DNA from: Actinomycetota bacterium
Lineage (GTDB): Bacteria; Actinomycetota; UBA4738; CALAEC01
Direction: 5' to 3'
Length of the DNA stretch: 64,000 nt
NCBI GenBank assembly: GCA_036001425.1
Contig: DASYUI010000009.1
Span: 72,422-136,421 of the forward strand
Made by a program: the position numbers and the translations under genes. The notes under the pieces are model-generated. The model was not told the DNA's origin, did no database searches, and saw only the letters and a list, made by a program, of their open reading frames with translations. Shown here piece by piece: positions 8,662 to 18,614 of this stretch (within the stretch, counting starts at the first letter, position 1; every line of letters begins with the position of its first letter).

Positions 8662-9480
8662 TCACGGCAGGGTCACGAACTGGCCCAGGAAGTCCCGAGC
8701 CACCTTCGTGTCCAGGCGGTAGGTGACGTTCGTCGCCTTGCACGGGAAGTCGCCCGTCACCGTGAGCGAGCCGATGGTGCCGGGAATCGTCTCCGCGCCC
8801 ACGCCGATGAAGTTCGGGCCGCCGGAGTCTCCGTAGCAGGTTCCCCCGTCGCTGGTGGCGCTGTTCTGCGACAGGTGCAGCCAGGCCTTGGTCAGGCCGT
8901 TGAACTCGGACACCGACCGCCAGCGCTCGCCGTCGTAGGGCCAGCTGAGCGGGCCGCCCTGGTCCGGCTCGTGCACCCCGTAGCCCACGTTGGTGAACAG
9001 CTGGCCGTTCAGCGTGCCGGCGTTCTTCATCTGGGTGAACAGGCCCGCGGTCGGCAGCCGCGCGGGGGTGATCCCGTTGATGGCCTTGTCGAACCGGAAC
9101 ACTGCCAGGTCCTTGTAGTCCCCCAAGTCGTGCCCGAACTCGGGGTGCTGGATCCACACGCCCGAGTAGAGCGTCGTCGCGGACGTCACCGGGTCCACAT
9201 CGGCGTCGAAGCTGACGAACGCCTGGTCGTTCGCGATCCCCAGCGACGTGAGGAAAGACGTGCAGTGTCCCGCCGTCAGGAAGTACCGCGACGAGATCAG
9301 CGTCCCGGAGCAAAGCTGCTCGAGCCCGGGGTTCTCGTCGTCCCAGTCGGCGATCAGCGCCCCTACGTTCCGATGGGGGTTCGGGGAGTCGGGCTCCCCG
9401 TAGGTGATGGCCCCGGCCGGCCCGGGGACCAAGGCAACCGCCAGGGCGGCCGCCAATGCAAGCATGAAGCCTCTCCGCAT
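8662..9480 (-). CDS. Secreted trypsin-like (S1 family) serine protease
   Basis: The catalytic triad context is present (TAGHC, GDSGGP) with a signal peptide (MRRGFMLALAAALAVALVPGPAGA). GAGGAGG lies 5 nt upstream of the ATG at 9480. Confidence 0.85.
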   Translation of the reverse strand: MRRGFMLALAAALAVALVPGPAGAITYGEPDSPNPHRNVGALIADWDDENPGLEQLCSGTLISSRYFLTAGHCTSFLTSLGIANDQAFVSFDADVDPVTSATTLYSGVWIQHPEFGHDLGDYKDLAVFRFDKAINGITPARLPTAGLFTQMKNAGTLNGQLFTNVGYGVHEPDQGGPLSWPYDGERWRSVSEFNGLTKAWLHLSQNSATSDGGTCYGDSGGPNFIGVGAETIPGTIGSLTVTGDFPCKATNVTYRLDTKVARDFLGQFVTLP

Positions 9481-9527
9481 CCTGCCTCCTCTCGGCCAGG
9501 TCCCGATGAAGTGGCCGAAAGGATACA

Positions 9528-11165
9528 TCAACCCAGGTAGGACGCTCTCCTGACCAAGCTGGGGTCGAGGATCACGTTGATGCAGGCGGGGACGCCCGCG
9601 TCCAAGGCCCGCCCCAGGGCGGGGCGGATCTGGCCGGGCTCGGTCACTCGCTCCCCGTGGCCGCCGAGCGCCTCGACCATCCGCTCATAGGGGGTGTCCT
9701 GGGAGAGCACGGCGGCCGGGGCGTTGCCCTCACCGTACAGGGCCTCCTGGGCCACCCTGATCTGCCCCCATGCCCCGTCGTTCCCGATGATGCCCACGAA
9801 CGGGAGGTTCTGGCGGATGGCGCTCTCGTACTCCATGGCGTTGAGGCCGAACGAGCCGTCGCCGTAGACGATGAGGACCTGCACGTCCGGCTTCGCCAAC
9901 CGGGCCGCGATGGCGAAGGACGGCCCCACGCCCAGGCACCCGAAGGGCCCCGGGTCCAGCCAGTTCCCCGGCTCCCGCGCATGGATCAGCGACGAGCTGA
10001 TCCCCACGATGTCCCCGCCGTCGCCCACCACCACGGCGTCGGGGTCGAGGAAGTCTCGAATCTCCCGGGCGAACCGCAGGGGATGGATCGGGACCGCGTC
10101 GGACTCCATCCCGGCCCGGGCTTCCTCCGCGAGGCGGTGCTCCTCGTCGCGAACCTCGCCGGTCCACGAGGGCTCTTCGCCGTGGCCGATCCCCTCGGCG
10201 AGGAGCTGCTCGGCGACCTTGCCCGGGTCCCCGACGATGCCCACGTCGACCGGCCGGTTCCTGCCGATGTGGCTGCCGTCCACGTCGACCTGGATGACCC
10301 TCGCCCCCTCACCGATGTGCTTCCGGCCGAATCCCAGACGGAAGTCCCAGTCGACGCCGAGCGCGAGGATCAGGTCGGCCTTCCCGAGGGCGAACTTGCG
10401 GGCCGCCGAGAAGAAGCAGGGATGGTCGGGGGACAGGCACCCACGCCCCAGTGAGTTGAGGAACACCGGCGCCTTGAGGGCATCGGCCAGCGCGGCGAGC
10501 GCCTCGTGCCCGCCGGCCCACCGGATCCCGGCGCCCGCGAACACGACGGGATGCTCGGACTCCCGCAGGGCCGACGCCGCCCGCCCCACGAGGTCGGGAT
10601 CGCCGAGCGGCTTCGCGTCGGTCCGGTATCGTTCCGGCACCTCCACGCCCGCAGGCCACACGTTGAGCTGGACCTCCAGCGGGATGTCGAGGAACACCGG
10701 TCCCATCCGGCCCGACGTCGCGTGGCGGAACGCCTCGGTCACGTAATCGGCGATGCGCCGGGTCTCCCAGCACGTGCGGGCCCACTTCGTGATGGACCGA
10801 ACCAAGGTGACGTGGTCCATCTCCTGGAGTGAGCCCATCTCCAGCTCCGAGAGCGGGCTCTTGCCTCCCAAGACCACCATCGGCGAGTCGGCGTAGAACC
10901 CGTTGGCGATCCCGGTGACCGCGTCGGTGACACCGGGCCCCGCCGTGACCGCGCACACGCCGGGCCGGCCGGTGACTCGGGCCCACCCGTCGGCGGCGTG
11001 GGCGGCGGCCTGCTCGTGGCGGAAGTCGACGATCCGGATGCCCTCGTCCGTACACCCGTCGTAGATCGGAGCGATGTGGCCGCCCGAGAGCGTGAAGAGG
11101 TGCCGGACCCCTTCCGCTGCGAGGGCCCGAGCCACCAGATGCCCACCGTGGCGCGGCTTGTCCAT
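9528..11165 (-). CDS. Thiamine pyrophosphate-dependent enzyme (acetolactate synthase-like family)
   Basis: 545 aa with an N-terminal Pyr domain ([15 protein letters not shown]), a central domain, and a C-terminal TPP-binding motif ([33 protein letters not shown]). Confidence 0.85.
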   Translation of the reverse strand: MDKPRHGGHLVARALAAEGVRHLFTLSGGHIAPIYDGCTDEGIRIVDFRHEQAAAHAADGWARVTGRPGVCAVTAGPGVTDAVTGIANGFYADSPMVVLGGKSPLSELEMGSLQEMDHVTLVRSITKWARTCWETRRIADYVTEAFRHATSGRMGPVFLDIPLEVQLNVWPAGVEVPERYRTDAKPLGDPDLVGRAASALRESEHPVVFAGAGIRWAGGHEALAALADALKAPVFLNSLGRGCLSPDHPCFFSAARKFALGKADLILALGVDWDFRLGFGRKHIGEGARVIQVDVDGSHIGRNRPVDVGIVGDPGKVAEQLLAEGIGHGEEPSWTGEVRDEEHRLAEEARAGMESDAVPIHPLRFAREIRDFLDPDAVVVGDGGDIVGISSSLIHAREPGNWLDPGPFGCLGVGPSFAIAARLAKPDVQVLIVYGDGSFGLNAMEYESAIRQNLPFVGIIGNDGAWGQIRVAQEALYGEGNAPAAVLSQDTPYERMVEALGGHGERVTEPGQIRPALGRALDAGVPACINVILDPSLVRRASYLG

Positions 11166-11176
11166 GCCACCGCATC

Positions 11177-12451
11177 GTGGCCCGGCACCGGTCCCGACCG
11201 CAACCGGCCTCTCTCGTCGGGCAATGCTTCAATGCGTCGGTGAAACTGCTCCGCCAGCACGACTTCCTGCTCCTGTTCATCTCACTGGGGCTCTCCCACT
11301 TGGGTGACCTTCTGGCCGCGCTGGCTCTCACGATCCGGGTGCACGACACAACGGGCTCCGGATGGGCGGTTTCCGCCCTGCTGCTCGCTGAACTCCTGCC
11401 TCTGGTGCTGCTGGCTCCCCTGGCCGGGATGCTGGTGGACCGCTTCGAGACCGTGCGAGTCCTCGCGGTGGCGGTGACCCTGCAAGCGATCGTGGCTGTG
11501 GGGCTGGCCTTCGCCGGATCAATGTCCGTTCTCCTCCTGCTGGCACTCCTCCTGGGCGCCGGGGCAGCTGTGGCCAACCCGGCCATCTTCGCGCTGGTCC
11601 CTCGCGTGGCGGGGGAAGACCACATCACCGAAGCCAACGCCTATCTGGAGCTGGCTCGGTATGGGGGTGCCACGCTCGGGCCACTGCTCGGAGGGGCGCT
11701 CTCCGCGGCACTGGGCGTGCGCACCGCCCTCCTCATCGACGCCGCCACGTTTGTCGTGGTGGGTGTCGCGGCCGTCGCCCTCCGGGTCAGGAGACGGCCG
11801 GTGGCGGAGCCCTCTGCCGAAGAGGCCGTCGGAAGGCGTGTCCGAGCCATGCGGGAGGGCTTCATGTTCCTCGCTCGCGACCGGCTGCTGAGGATCGTCG
11901 CGTTGGCCCACGCCGCCATGCTCCTGTTCGCAGGAGCCGAGAACGTGGCCTTCGTCTTCTTCGTCAAGGACGTGCTGCATGCGGGCGACGCAGGCTTCGG
12001 GATCTTCGTCGCGACCTGGACGTTGGGCATGGTGGCCGGCATCGTCCTGGTGGGCAGGCGAATCCGTGTCGCCAACCTCGCGCTGGCGTATCTGCTGGCC
12101 ATGCTGTTTGGACGAGCGGCCGTTACGTTGGCCGGTGCGCTCCCATTCGTCCTGGTCGCGCTCCCCGCGTTTCTGTCTGGGGGCGGAGGGAACGGCATCG
12201 AGAACGTGACCAGCCGTAGCCTCATCCACCACCGCTCCCCCGAGAACCTTCGCGGCCGCGTGTTCGCCGCCTGGGCCGGGCTTGGCTCCGGGGCGCAGAT
12301 CGCCGCGATGGCACTCGGAGGTGCCATCGTCGAGCTCGCGGGACCTCGAGGAACCATCCTGTTTGCGGGCCTGGGCGGCGTCCTGGTGGCCGTGGCGGCG
12401 CTGATCGCGATCCCCCGTTGGTCGCCCGAGCCGGCCCAGAGTGGGAAGTAG
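11177..12451 (+). CDS. MFS transporter
   Basis: 424 aa with 12 predicted TM segments and the MFS loop motif (GMLVDRF). GTG start. Confidence 0.8.
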   Translation: MARHRSRPQPASLVGQCFNASVKLLRQHDFLLLFISLGLSHLGDLLAALALTIRVHDTTGSGWAVSALLLAELLPLVLLAPLAGMLVDRFETVRVLAVAVTLQAIVAVGLAFAGSMSVLLLLALLLGAGAAVANPAIFALVPRVAGEDHITEANAYLELARYGGATLGPLLGGALSAALGVRTALLIDAATFVVVGVAAVALRVRRRPVAEPSAEEAVGRRVRAMREGFMFLARDRLLRIVALAHAAMLLFAGAENVAFVFFVKDVLHAGDAGFGIFVATWTLGMVAGIVLVGRRIRVANLALAYLLAMLFGRAAVTLAGALPFVLVALPAFLSGGGGNGIENVTSRSLIHHRSPENLRGRVFAAWAGLGSGAQIAAMALGGAIVELAGPRGTILFAGLGGVLVAVAALIAIPRWSPEPAQSGK

Positions 12452-12492
12452 AGCGACGAGCGGTTCGGCGATCACGCGCTATCCTCGGCCGA

Positions 12493-13284
12493 ATGAGCGA
12501 TTGGCGGACCTTCGACACCGTCGCCGAGACCTACGATCGGGTCCGGGCTCCGGTGCACGCTGCCCCCGCCCGCGATCTGGTCGAGCTGGTTGCCCTGCCC
12601 CGCGCCGCCCGCGTTCTGGACGTGGGCACCGGGACCGGCGTCGCCGCCGAAGCGGCAGCGGCGACGGTAGGCTCGGAGGGCCTCGTGGTGGGGATCGATC
12701 CCTCGCTCCCCATGCTCCGTCTCGCTCGCCCGCGGCACCCTCGCGTGCTCGCCGCCCAGGCCATCGACCTTCCGTTCCGCGACGAGACCTTCGACGCCGT
12801 CCTGGCGAACTTCGTGATCGCCTTCTTCACCAAGTACGAGACGGCCCTGTTCGACATGCTCCGAGTTTTGCGCCCGGGCGGGACGCTGGGGGTCAGCTGG
12901 TGGGGAGGAGGTCCGGACGAGTTCGTCCGGACGTGGACGGAGCTTGCCGAGACCTTCGCCACGAAGGAGCTCTTCCGCGACTCCCAAGGGGCCATCCCAT
13001 GGAACGAGCGCTTCCGGGACCGCCACCTGCTGGAGGAGACCCTGCGAGACGCGGGGCTGCGTGAGGTCCAGGTCTATAGGCGCCAGTACCGGTCCACGAT
13101 GAGCCAGGCGGACTACCTCGCCGGGCGAGAGACCAGCAGCGAGGGCCGGTTCCTCCGAGAGGCCTTGGGGGAGCCCCTCTGGGAACGGTTCCGGGAGCGG
13201 GCCGCGGACGCGTTCCGGGAACGCTTCCCGGACCCCTTCGGCGACACGAACGACGTGCTCATCGCCGTGGGCACGAAGGGCTGA
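12493..13284 (+). CDS. Class I SAM-dependent methyltransferase
   Basis: Motif I (VLDVGTGTGVAA) and motif post-I/II are present. The start is taken at ATG MSDW; the ORF-track TTG lies upstream and overlaps the MFS end. Confidence 0.8.
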   Translation: MSDWRTFDTVAETYDRVRAPVHAAPARDLVELVALPRAARVLDVGTGTGVAAEAAAATVGSEGLVVGIDPSLPMLRLARPRHPRVLAAQAIDLPFRDETFDAVLANFVIAFFTKYETALFDMLRVLRPGGTLGVSWWGGGPDEFVRTWTELAETFATKELFRDSQGAIPWNERFRDRHLLEETLRDAGLREVQVYRRQYRSTMSQADYLAGRETSSEGRFLREALGEPLWERFRERAADAFRERFPDPFGDTNDVLIAVGTKG

Positions 13285-13296
13285 TTCTACGGGTCC

Positions 13297-13797
13297 TCAG
13301 AACGGTTTCAACACCATGAGCCAGAGGATCAGGGCGAGGCCGATCACGCCCATCCAGGCGAGCTGGTAGGGGCGGTTCGTGGAGAGGAGCGCGTCGAGCT
13401 CCGCGGGCGGGGCGGGCGGAGGCCGCTCCTTCAACCAGGCCTTCTTCCGGGCCCCGTATATGGGTTCGGTGCCGACGGCGATCCGGACCCGGTCGTAGAA
13501 GCTGGTCCCCAGCAGGCTCATCCCCACCCACAGGGCGACGAGGAGAGCCAGCGCCGCCCAGATCCACCCGTGCCCCCACCAGTGCCCGAGGAAACCGGCC
13601 ACGATGCCGGCGATGAGGAGGACGAGCAGCGACGCGTACGTCAGAGCGAGGTAGACGCGCGAGAGACCGAGCAGCGCCTGGATCCGCTGGGGCTCACGCT
13701 CTCGCCGGAGCGCGACGGCCATGGCCACCGAGACGCCATGGCCCAGCAGGAACGCGAATGCCCCCAGGATGTGGACGAACACCCACCAGCGGTACAC
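13297..13797 (-). CDS. DUF2269-family membrane protein
   Basis: 166 aa with 4 TM segments and a C-terminal LMVLKPF. It is a paralogue of the 19322..19759 protein. Confidence 0.65.
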   Translation of the reverse strand: MYRWWVFVHILGAFAFLLGHGVSVAMAVALRREREPQRIQALLGLSRVYLALTYASLLVLLIAGIVAGFLGHWWGHGWIWAALALLVALWVGMSLLGTSFYDRVRIAVGTEPIYGARKKAWLKERPPPAPPAELDALLSTNRPYQLAWMGVIGLALILWLMVLKPF

Positions 13798-13818
13798 GCG
13801 GGTCTGTGAGAACCGACC

Positions 13819-14208
13819 CTAGGACCAGAACTCGTCCACCGCGTACTGGTCGCCGGGGTGAGCCCAGAACTCGGTGACCTTGCCCCCCTGGAGATGGAGC
13901 ACATGGACCTGGCGGTCCTCCAGGCTCTTCCCCTCCCGCTGGCCCCGGGCGACCACCAGCGCCACGCCGTGCTCGTCGTCGGCCAGAAGGTCGTGCACTT
14001 CGAGACTGAAGCTTCCCCCGGTCAGTTCCATCGTCTTGCCAAGGAAACCGAGGACCTCCTGCGCCCCTTTGTAGTCTCCTGAAAACGGGTTGCGCCCAGG
14101 AGCGTGCCACACGATGTCGTCGGCGAAGAACGCCTGCACCGCGGGCATGTCCGCCTTGGCGAACGCTTCGTACCCTCGCCGAAGTAGGTCTTCGTTGGCG
14201 TGGGCCAT
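13819..14208 (-). CDS. NTF2-like (SnoaL/ketosteroid isomerase-like) family protein
   Basis: 129 aa, beginning MAHANEDLLRRGYEAFAKADMPAVQAFFADDIVWHAPG..., with the typical NTF2-like fold signature. Confidence 0.7.
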   Translation of the reverse strand: MAHANEDLLRRGYEAFAKADMPAVQAFFADDIVWHAPGRNPFSGDYKGAQEVLGFLGKTMELTGGSFSLEVHDLLADDEHGVALVVARGQREGKSLEDRQVHVLHLQGGKVTEFWAHPGDQYAVDEFWS

Positions 14209-14271
14209 GACTTCCTCCTCCCCGCACGGGTTCGAACCGACTCTACGGCGGGCGGGACACCCGGGGCAATC

Positions 14272-15816
14272 CTACCGCTTCGAGCGAGAGCGGCTCCGTC
14301 CGGCCGCCTTCGCCGTGCCCCCGTCGGCCTGGCTCTCGATGAACCGAACCAGCGTCCGCACGGGGTTCCCCGTGCCCCCCTTGGGCCAGTAATCCCCGGG
14401 GCGCTCTGCGAAGGCCGTGCCGGCGATGTCCACGTGGGCCCACGGCGTGTCACCAACGAACTCATTCAGGAACAGGGCCGCAGTGATGGCGCCCCCCCAG
14501 CGGTTACCGATGTTCTTCACGTCGGCGATGGTGGACTCGATCTGTCTCCGGTAGCCCTTCCACAGCGGGAGCTGCCACCCAGGCTCGCCAGCCTGATCCC
14601 CGGCTTCCAGCAGGTCCTTGATAAGCCGGTCGTCGTTGCCCATCACGCCCCAGATGTCTTCGCCCAGGGCGATCATGCACGCACCGGTGAGGGTGGCGAA
14701 GTCCACCATGAGGCGGGGCTTCCGCTCGGTGAGGTAGGAAAGGGCGTCGGCGAGGATCAGCCGCCCCTCGGCGTCGGTGTTCAGCACCTCGGTGGTCTTG
14801 CCGCCGCGGTGGGTGATGACATCGCCCGGTCGGATGGCCGTCCCGCTGGGAAGGTTCTCGGCGCTGGGCACCGCCGCGACCACGTTCACCTTGGGCTTCA
14901 GCTGAGCGATGGCCTGCATGGCGGCGAGCACTGTGGCGGCCCCGGCCATGTCGGCCTTCATCCACTCCATGCCCTTGGAGTCCTTGATCGAGAGGCCCCC
15001 CGAGTCGAACGTCACGCCCTTCCCCGTGAGAGCGAGGGGCGCGCCTCGACCCCCTTCGTAGCGGAGCTCGATCAGCCGCGGCGGGTTCTCGCTCCCCTGT
15101 CCCACGCCGAGCACACCGCCGAAGCCGCCCTTTTTCAGCTCGGCCTCGGACCAGATCTTGCACGTGAGCCCGTGCTTCCTGGCCATCTTCCTGGCTTCCT
15201 GCGCCAGGAAGTCCGGGGTCGCGTCGAGCGCGGGCGTGTTCACCAGGTCGCGCGCCCATGCGGCGGCTTCCGCCAGGATCTCGGCCCGCTTGATCGCCTG
15301 TGCCGCCGCCCGGGCATCCCCGCGCTCCGAGCCCAGGACCGTGACCCGCTCGAGCTTGGGGGGCTCGCTGCCGTCCTCGTCCGACGAGTTCCCCTTGTAC
15401 CGCTCGAAGCGGTACCCACCGAGCAGCAGGCCTTCGACGAGCGCCTGGACGGCGTCCTCACGAGCGCCGCCCGCCGCTTGGGGCAGAGTCGTGGACACCC
15501 GGCGATAGCGGCCCACACGCCCGGCGATCTTGCCCGCGACCCGCCGCACCCGATCCGCGTCCGCCTCGGCCTTCGGGCCGAGACCGGCCAGGAGCACCGT
15601 GCCGGCCTTCAGCCGGCCGAACGTTGGCACGCCGAACGTCTCGCCGAGGCGTCCCTTGACCCCGTTGTCACGGAGGATGGCGAGGAGATCGGCGCCCAGC
15701 GCCTTTCCCGTCTCGCGCATGCCCGGCCCCGCCTCCGGCCCCTGGAAGAAGGGAAGAATCAGGAGATCGGCCGGCTGCTCCGCCGGGGAAACCGTCTTGT
15801 ACTCGAACCGTGGCAC
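14272..15816 (-). CDS. pepA: Leucyl aminopeptidase (M17 family)
   Basis: M17 motifs are present: NTDAEGRL, VGKGVTFDSGG, and the KADMAGAA context. Confidence 0.9.
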   Translation of the reverse strand: MPRFEYKTVSPAEQPADLLILPFFQGPEAGPGMRETGKALGADLLAILRDNGVKGRLGETFGVPTFGRLKAGTVLLAGLGPKAEADADRVRRVAGKIAGRVGRYRRVSTTLPQAAGGAREDAVQALVEGLLLGGYRFERYKGNSSDEDGSEPPKLERVTVLGSERGDARAAAQAIKRAEILAEAAAWARDLVNTPALDATPDFLAQEARKMARKHGLTCKIWSEAELKKGGFGGVLGVGQGSENPPRLIELRYEGGRGAPLALTGKGVTFDSGGLSIKDSKGMEWMKADMAGAATVLAAMQAIAQLKPKVNVVAAVPSAENLPSGTAIRPGDVITHRGGKTTEVLNTDAEGRLILADALSYLTERKPRLMVDFATLTGACMIALGEDIWGVMGNDDRLIKDLLEAGDQAGEPGWQLPLWKGYRRQIESTIADVKNIGNRWGGAITAALFLNEFVGDTPWAHVDIAGTAFAERPGDYWPKGGTGNPVRTLVRFIESQADGGTAKAAGRSRSRSKR

Positions 15817-15849
15817 ACGAACCTCCAGGAGTCGGGGCGAGATAGCAGT

Positions 15850-17280
15850 TTACCGAGTTCCCCGCCAGCGTCCCGCGCCGAGCCCCGCGTGAACTCCAAA
15901 GGCAACCGCAAACGCGAGGATGCTCGCCGGCGCCGCGCCCCCGAAGAGCGGGAAGGGAAGGCCCAGGCCCTGGAAGGCGGATTCCACCACGGCCTGCCAC
16001 GCCGCGGGTCCCGTGGGGACGATCCAGTGGTATGTGGCGAAACCCAGGAACCAGGCCAGCACCGCCGCAAGGTTGAAACCGCCCGTGTACCGGTACGGGC
16101 CCCCCGAGTCGAACAGATCCTCGGAGCGATAGGAGAGTCCCCGCCGCACCACGAAGTAGTCGGCAACGAACACTCCGAACAACGGAACGAAGATCGACCC
16201 GATGAGAAACAGGAAGAACTCGTACGACTGGATCCCTTCCTCGGCCTGACCGAAGAGCCACGCGGCCCCGGCCACCCCGACGGCAGTCACCGCTGTGACC
16301 ACGGCGCGTTGCGGCAGTCGGTGAACGAGGTTCTGGGTGGACACCGCGCCCGAATAGATGTCCGCGAACGCCTCGTCGGTCTCCCCGACGAGCAGCACCA
16401 CGAGGACCAGCGTCCCCCCGGCAACCGCCGCGATCCCGTCGGCGATCCCAGTGACCGACGGCGTCGAGGCACCCGAGCCGACGATGAGAAGGGCACCCAG
16501 CGCGTAGAACCACACGTTCGCAAGGACGTACCCGACGTACGTTCCGCCCGCCGCCCCTCCAGACTTCCTGGCGAATCTGGTGTAGTCGGCGACCAGCGGG
16601 ATCCAGGACACGGGCATGACCACCACGAGGTCCACGGCGCTCCAGAACGGGAGGCCGCCCTCCCCAGGACGGGACCACAGCGTCGACAGGTCCATTCCCG
16701 TTACCACCCGAAGGGTGACCCACGCCGCCACCGCGGCCAGCACCCATGCCCCGAACCGCTCCATCCACCGCCGAACCACGAGCACCGGGCCGCCCAGCGA
16801 GAGAAGCAGACAAACGACGGCCACCACGCCAAGCCAGAGATAGAAGGAGCTCCCCCCGAAGAGCGGCCCGCTGATCCGGCTCGCCACCAGCGCCATGGCC
16901 CAGAGCTCGAACGCCGTCCATCCGACGAGCTGTCCGATGTTGAACACGGTCGGCAGATAGGAGCCGCGAACCCCCAGCACCGGGCGGAGGAGGACCATAC
17001 CCGGGACCCCTTCCCGGGCCCCGGCCAGTCCCACCAGGGCCAGGGGAACGCACCCCACGACGGATCCCACCACGATCGCCAGCAGCGCCCGAGGAAATCC
17101 GAGCGCCGGGACCAGCAGAGCTCCGGTAACGAGCACCAGCAGGCCGATCCCCAGGTCTCCCCAGAGGACTGCCAGGTCCAGCCCGGAGAGACGGCGCATC
17201 TCGGGGCCGACGGGACGAACGTCCCACGAGGGCGCCTCGCGCTCGATGACCTCTTCGAAGCGACGGCTGACCGTTCCCAT
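15850..17280 (-). CDS. NCS1-family nucleobase permease (cytosine/purine/allantoin permease-like)
   Basis: Polytopic, with the NCS1-like N-terminus (RRFEEVIEREAPSWDVRPVGPEMRRLSGLDLAVLWGDLGIGLLVL). The start at MGTV is preceded by GGGAGGT at 7 nt. The upstream part of the ORF-track ORF overlaps pepA. Confidence 0.8.
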   Translation of the reverse strand: MGTVSRRFEEVIEREAPSWDVRPVGPEMRRLSGLDLAVLWGDLGIGLLVLVTGALLVPALGFPRALLAIVVGSVVGCVPLALVGLAGAREGVPGMVLLRPVLGVRGSYLPTVFNIGQLVGWTAFELWAMALVASRISGPLFGGSSFYLWLGVVAVVCLLLSLGGPVLVVRRWMERFGAWVLAAVAAWVTLRVVTGMDLSTLWSRPGEGGLPFWSAVDLVVVMPVSWIPLVADYTRFARKSGGAAGGTYVGYVLANVWFYALGALLIVGSGASTPSVTGIADGIAAVAGGTLVLVVLLVGETDEAFADIYSGAVSTQNLVHRLPQRAVVTAVTAVGVAGAAWLFGQAEEGIQSYEFFLFLIGSIFVPLFGVFVADYFVVRRGLSYRSEDLFDSGGPYRYTGGFNLAAVLAWFLGFATYHWIVPTGPAAWQAVVESAFQGLGLPFPLFGGAAPASILAFAVAFGVHAGLGAGRWRGTR

Positions 17281-17353
17281 CCCCATACCTCCCGGGCCCG
17301 GACTGTACGGGTAGCCGGGTGGCACCGCCAACGCGGCCACTAGAATCCGCAGC

Positions 17354-17737
17354 GTGACGCGCGAGCGACCCGCCGTCGGTGAGGAGGCAACGTTCGAGGT
17401 CACCGTGACGGAGGAGATGCTCGTAGACATCCTCGGCCGGAGGATCCATCCCGTGTACGCGACCGCGTGGATGGTCCGGCACATGGAGGAAGCCGGACGG
17501 ATGCTGATCGAGCCGCACCTGCGAGACGGCGAGGACGCCACCGGCTACTCGATCTCGGTCGTCCACGAACGGCCCGCGCGATCCGGCGACCGGCTCCGGG
17601 TGACGGCCCGAGCGATCCGGGTGGACGACCGGGAGTGCCAGGCGGAAGTGGACGTGCAGGGCCCGGTGGGCGTGGTAGGCCGAGGAACGCTGGTTCAGAG
17701 ATACATAGAGCGTGGTCGGCTGGAAGGGGGTCGGTGA
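17354..17737 (+). CDS. Hotdog-fold thioesterase family protein
   Basis: 127 aa with a HPVYATAWMVRHMEEAG core. Its TGA overlaps the ATG of the downstream crotonase (TGATG). Confidence 0.75.
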   Translation: MTRERPAVGEEATFEVTVTEEMLVDILGRRIHPVYATAWMVRHMEEAGRMLIEPHLRDGEDATGYSISVVHERPARSGDRLRVTARAIRVDDRECQAEVDVQGPVGVVGRGTLVQRYIERGRLEGGR

Positions 17738-18531
17738 TGGACTATCAGGACATCAAGCTGAAGCGCGCCGGAACCGTGGCCCGCGTCACCATCAACCGGC
17801 CCGACCGTCTGAACGCCATGTCCACTCGCACGAGCGACGAGCTCGTGGACGCGTTCGCCACCCTGGGCGAGGACCCGGAGGTCCGATGCATCGTGATCAC
17901 GGGCGAGGGGCGAGGGTTCTCCGCGGGACAGGACCTCACCGAGTTCCGCTCGGACTACGAGGCCGGGCGAGAACGAGACATCGAGGGTCATCTTCGGGCC
18001 ACCTACAACCGGCTGATACTGCAGATCGTCGAAATCCCCAAGCCGGTGATCGCCGAGATCAACGGGGTCGCGGCCGGCGCCGGTCTCTCCCTCGCGCTCG
18101 CGTGCGACCTCCGCGTGGCCGGCGACGGCGCCCGGTTCACGTTGGCTTTCGTGAAGATCGGGCTGATCCCCGATTCCGGCGCCACCTGGCTTCTCGCGAG
18201 GACCGTCGGCCACGCGCGGGCGATGGAGCTGGCCGTCGGCGGGGACGTCATCGACGCGCAGCGAGCCCTGAAGATCGGGCTGGTGCACCGGGTGGTGGTG
18301 GCCGACTCGCTGCGCGAGGAGGTGGACACGCTGGCGGAGCAGCTCGCGGCGCTGCCCACCCGGGCGATCGCCGAGACCCGGCGGCTCTTCCTGAGCGGCC
18401 AGGACGGCTCGCTGGCGGAGGCCCTCGATCGGGAGGCGGCTTCCCAGGGAGAGATGGGCCGGACCCACGACCATCTCGAGGGCGTTGCCGCGTTCCTGGA
18501 GAAGCGGGAGCCGAAGTTCGAGGGGCGCTAG
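17737..18531 (+). CDS. Enoyl-CoA hydratase/isomerase family protein, PaaG-like (1,2-epoxyphenylacetyl-CoA isomerase-like)
   Basis: Crotonase motifs are present: TINRPDRLNA, ITGEGRGFSAGQDL, PKPVIAEINGVAAGAGLSLALACDLRVA, GLIPDSGATWLL, and EGVAAFLEKREPKF. It aligns from memory along its whole length with E. coli PaaG. Confidence 0.85.
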   Translation: MDYQDIKLKRAGTVARVTINRPDRLNAMSTRTSDELVDAFATLGEDPEVRCIVITGEGRGFSAGQDLTEFRSDYEAGRERDIEGHLRATYNRLILQIVEIPKPVIAEINGVAAGAGLSLALACDLRVAGDGARFTLAFVKIGLIPDSGATWLLARTVGHARAMELAVGGDVIDAQRALKIGLVHRVVVADSLREEVDTLAEQLAALPTRAIAETRRLFLSGQDGSLAEALDREAASQGEMGRTHDHLEGVAAFLEKREPKFEGR

Positions 18532-18614
18532 GCACCGCCAGCATGGGCTTCCGAACCGAGTCCCGGTCCGCGTCGAAGTAACGAAGGAGCCCGCCGAGCG
18601 ACAGGAGGTTTGCC

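Noticed and set aside
14200-17343. 1047-aa + strand ORF spanning pepA and the NCS1 permease
   Set aside because: It is antisense to two well-supported genes. Its translation is Arg/Pro/Gly-rich low complexity with no domain signature. This is the typical long spurious ORF produced in a ~70% GC genome.
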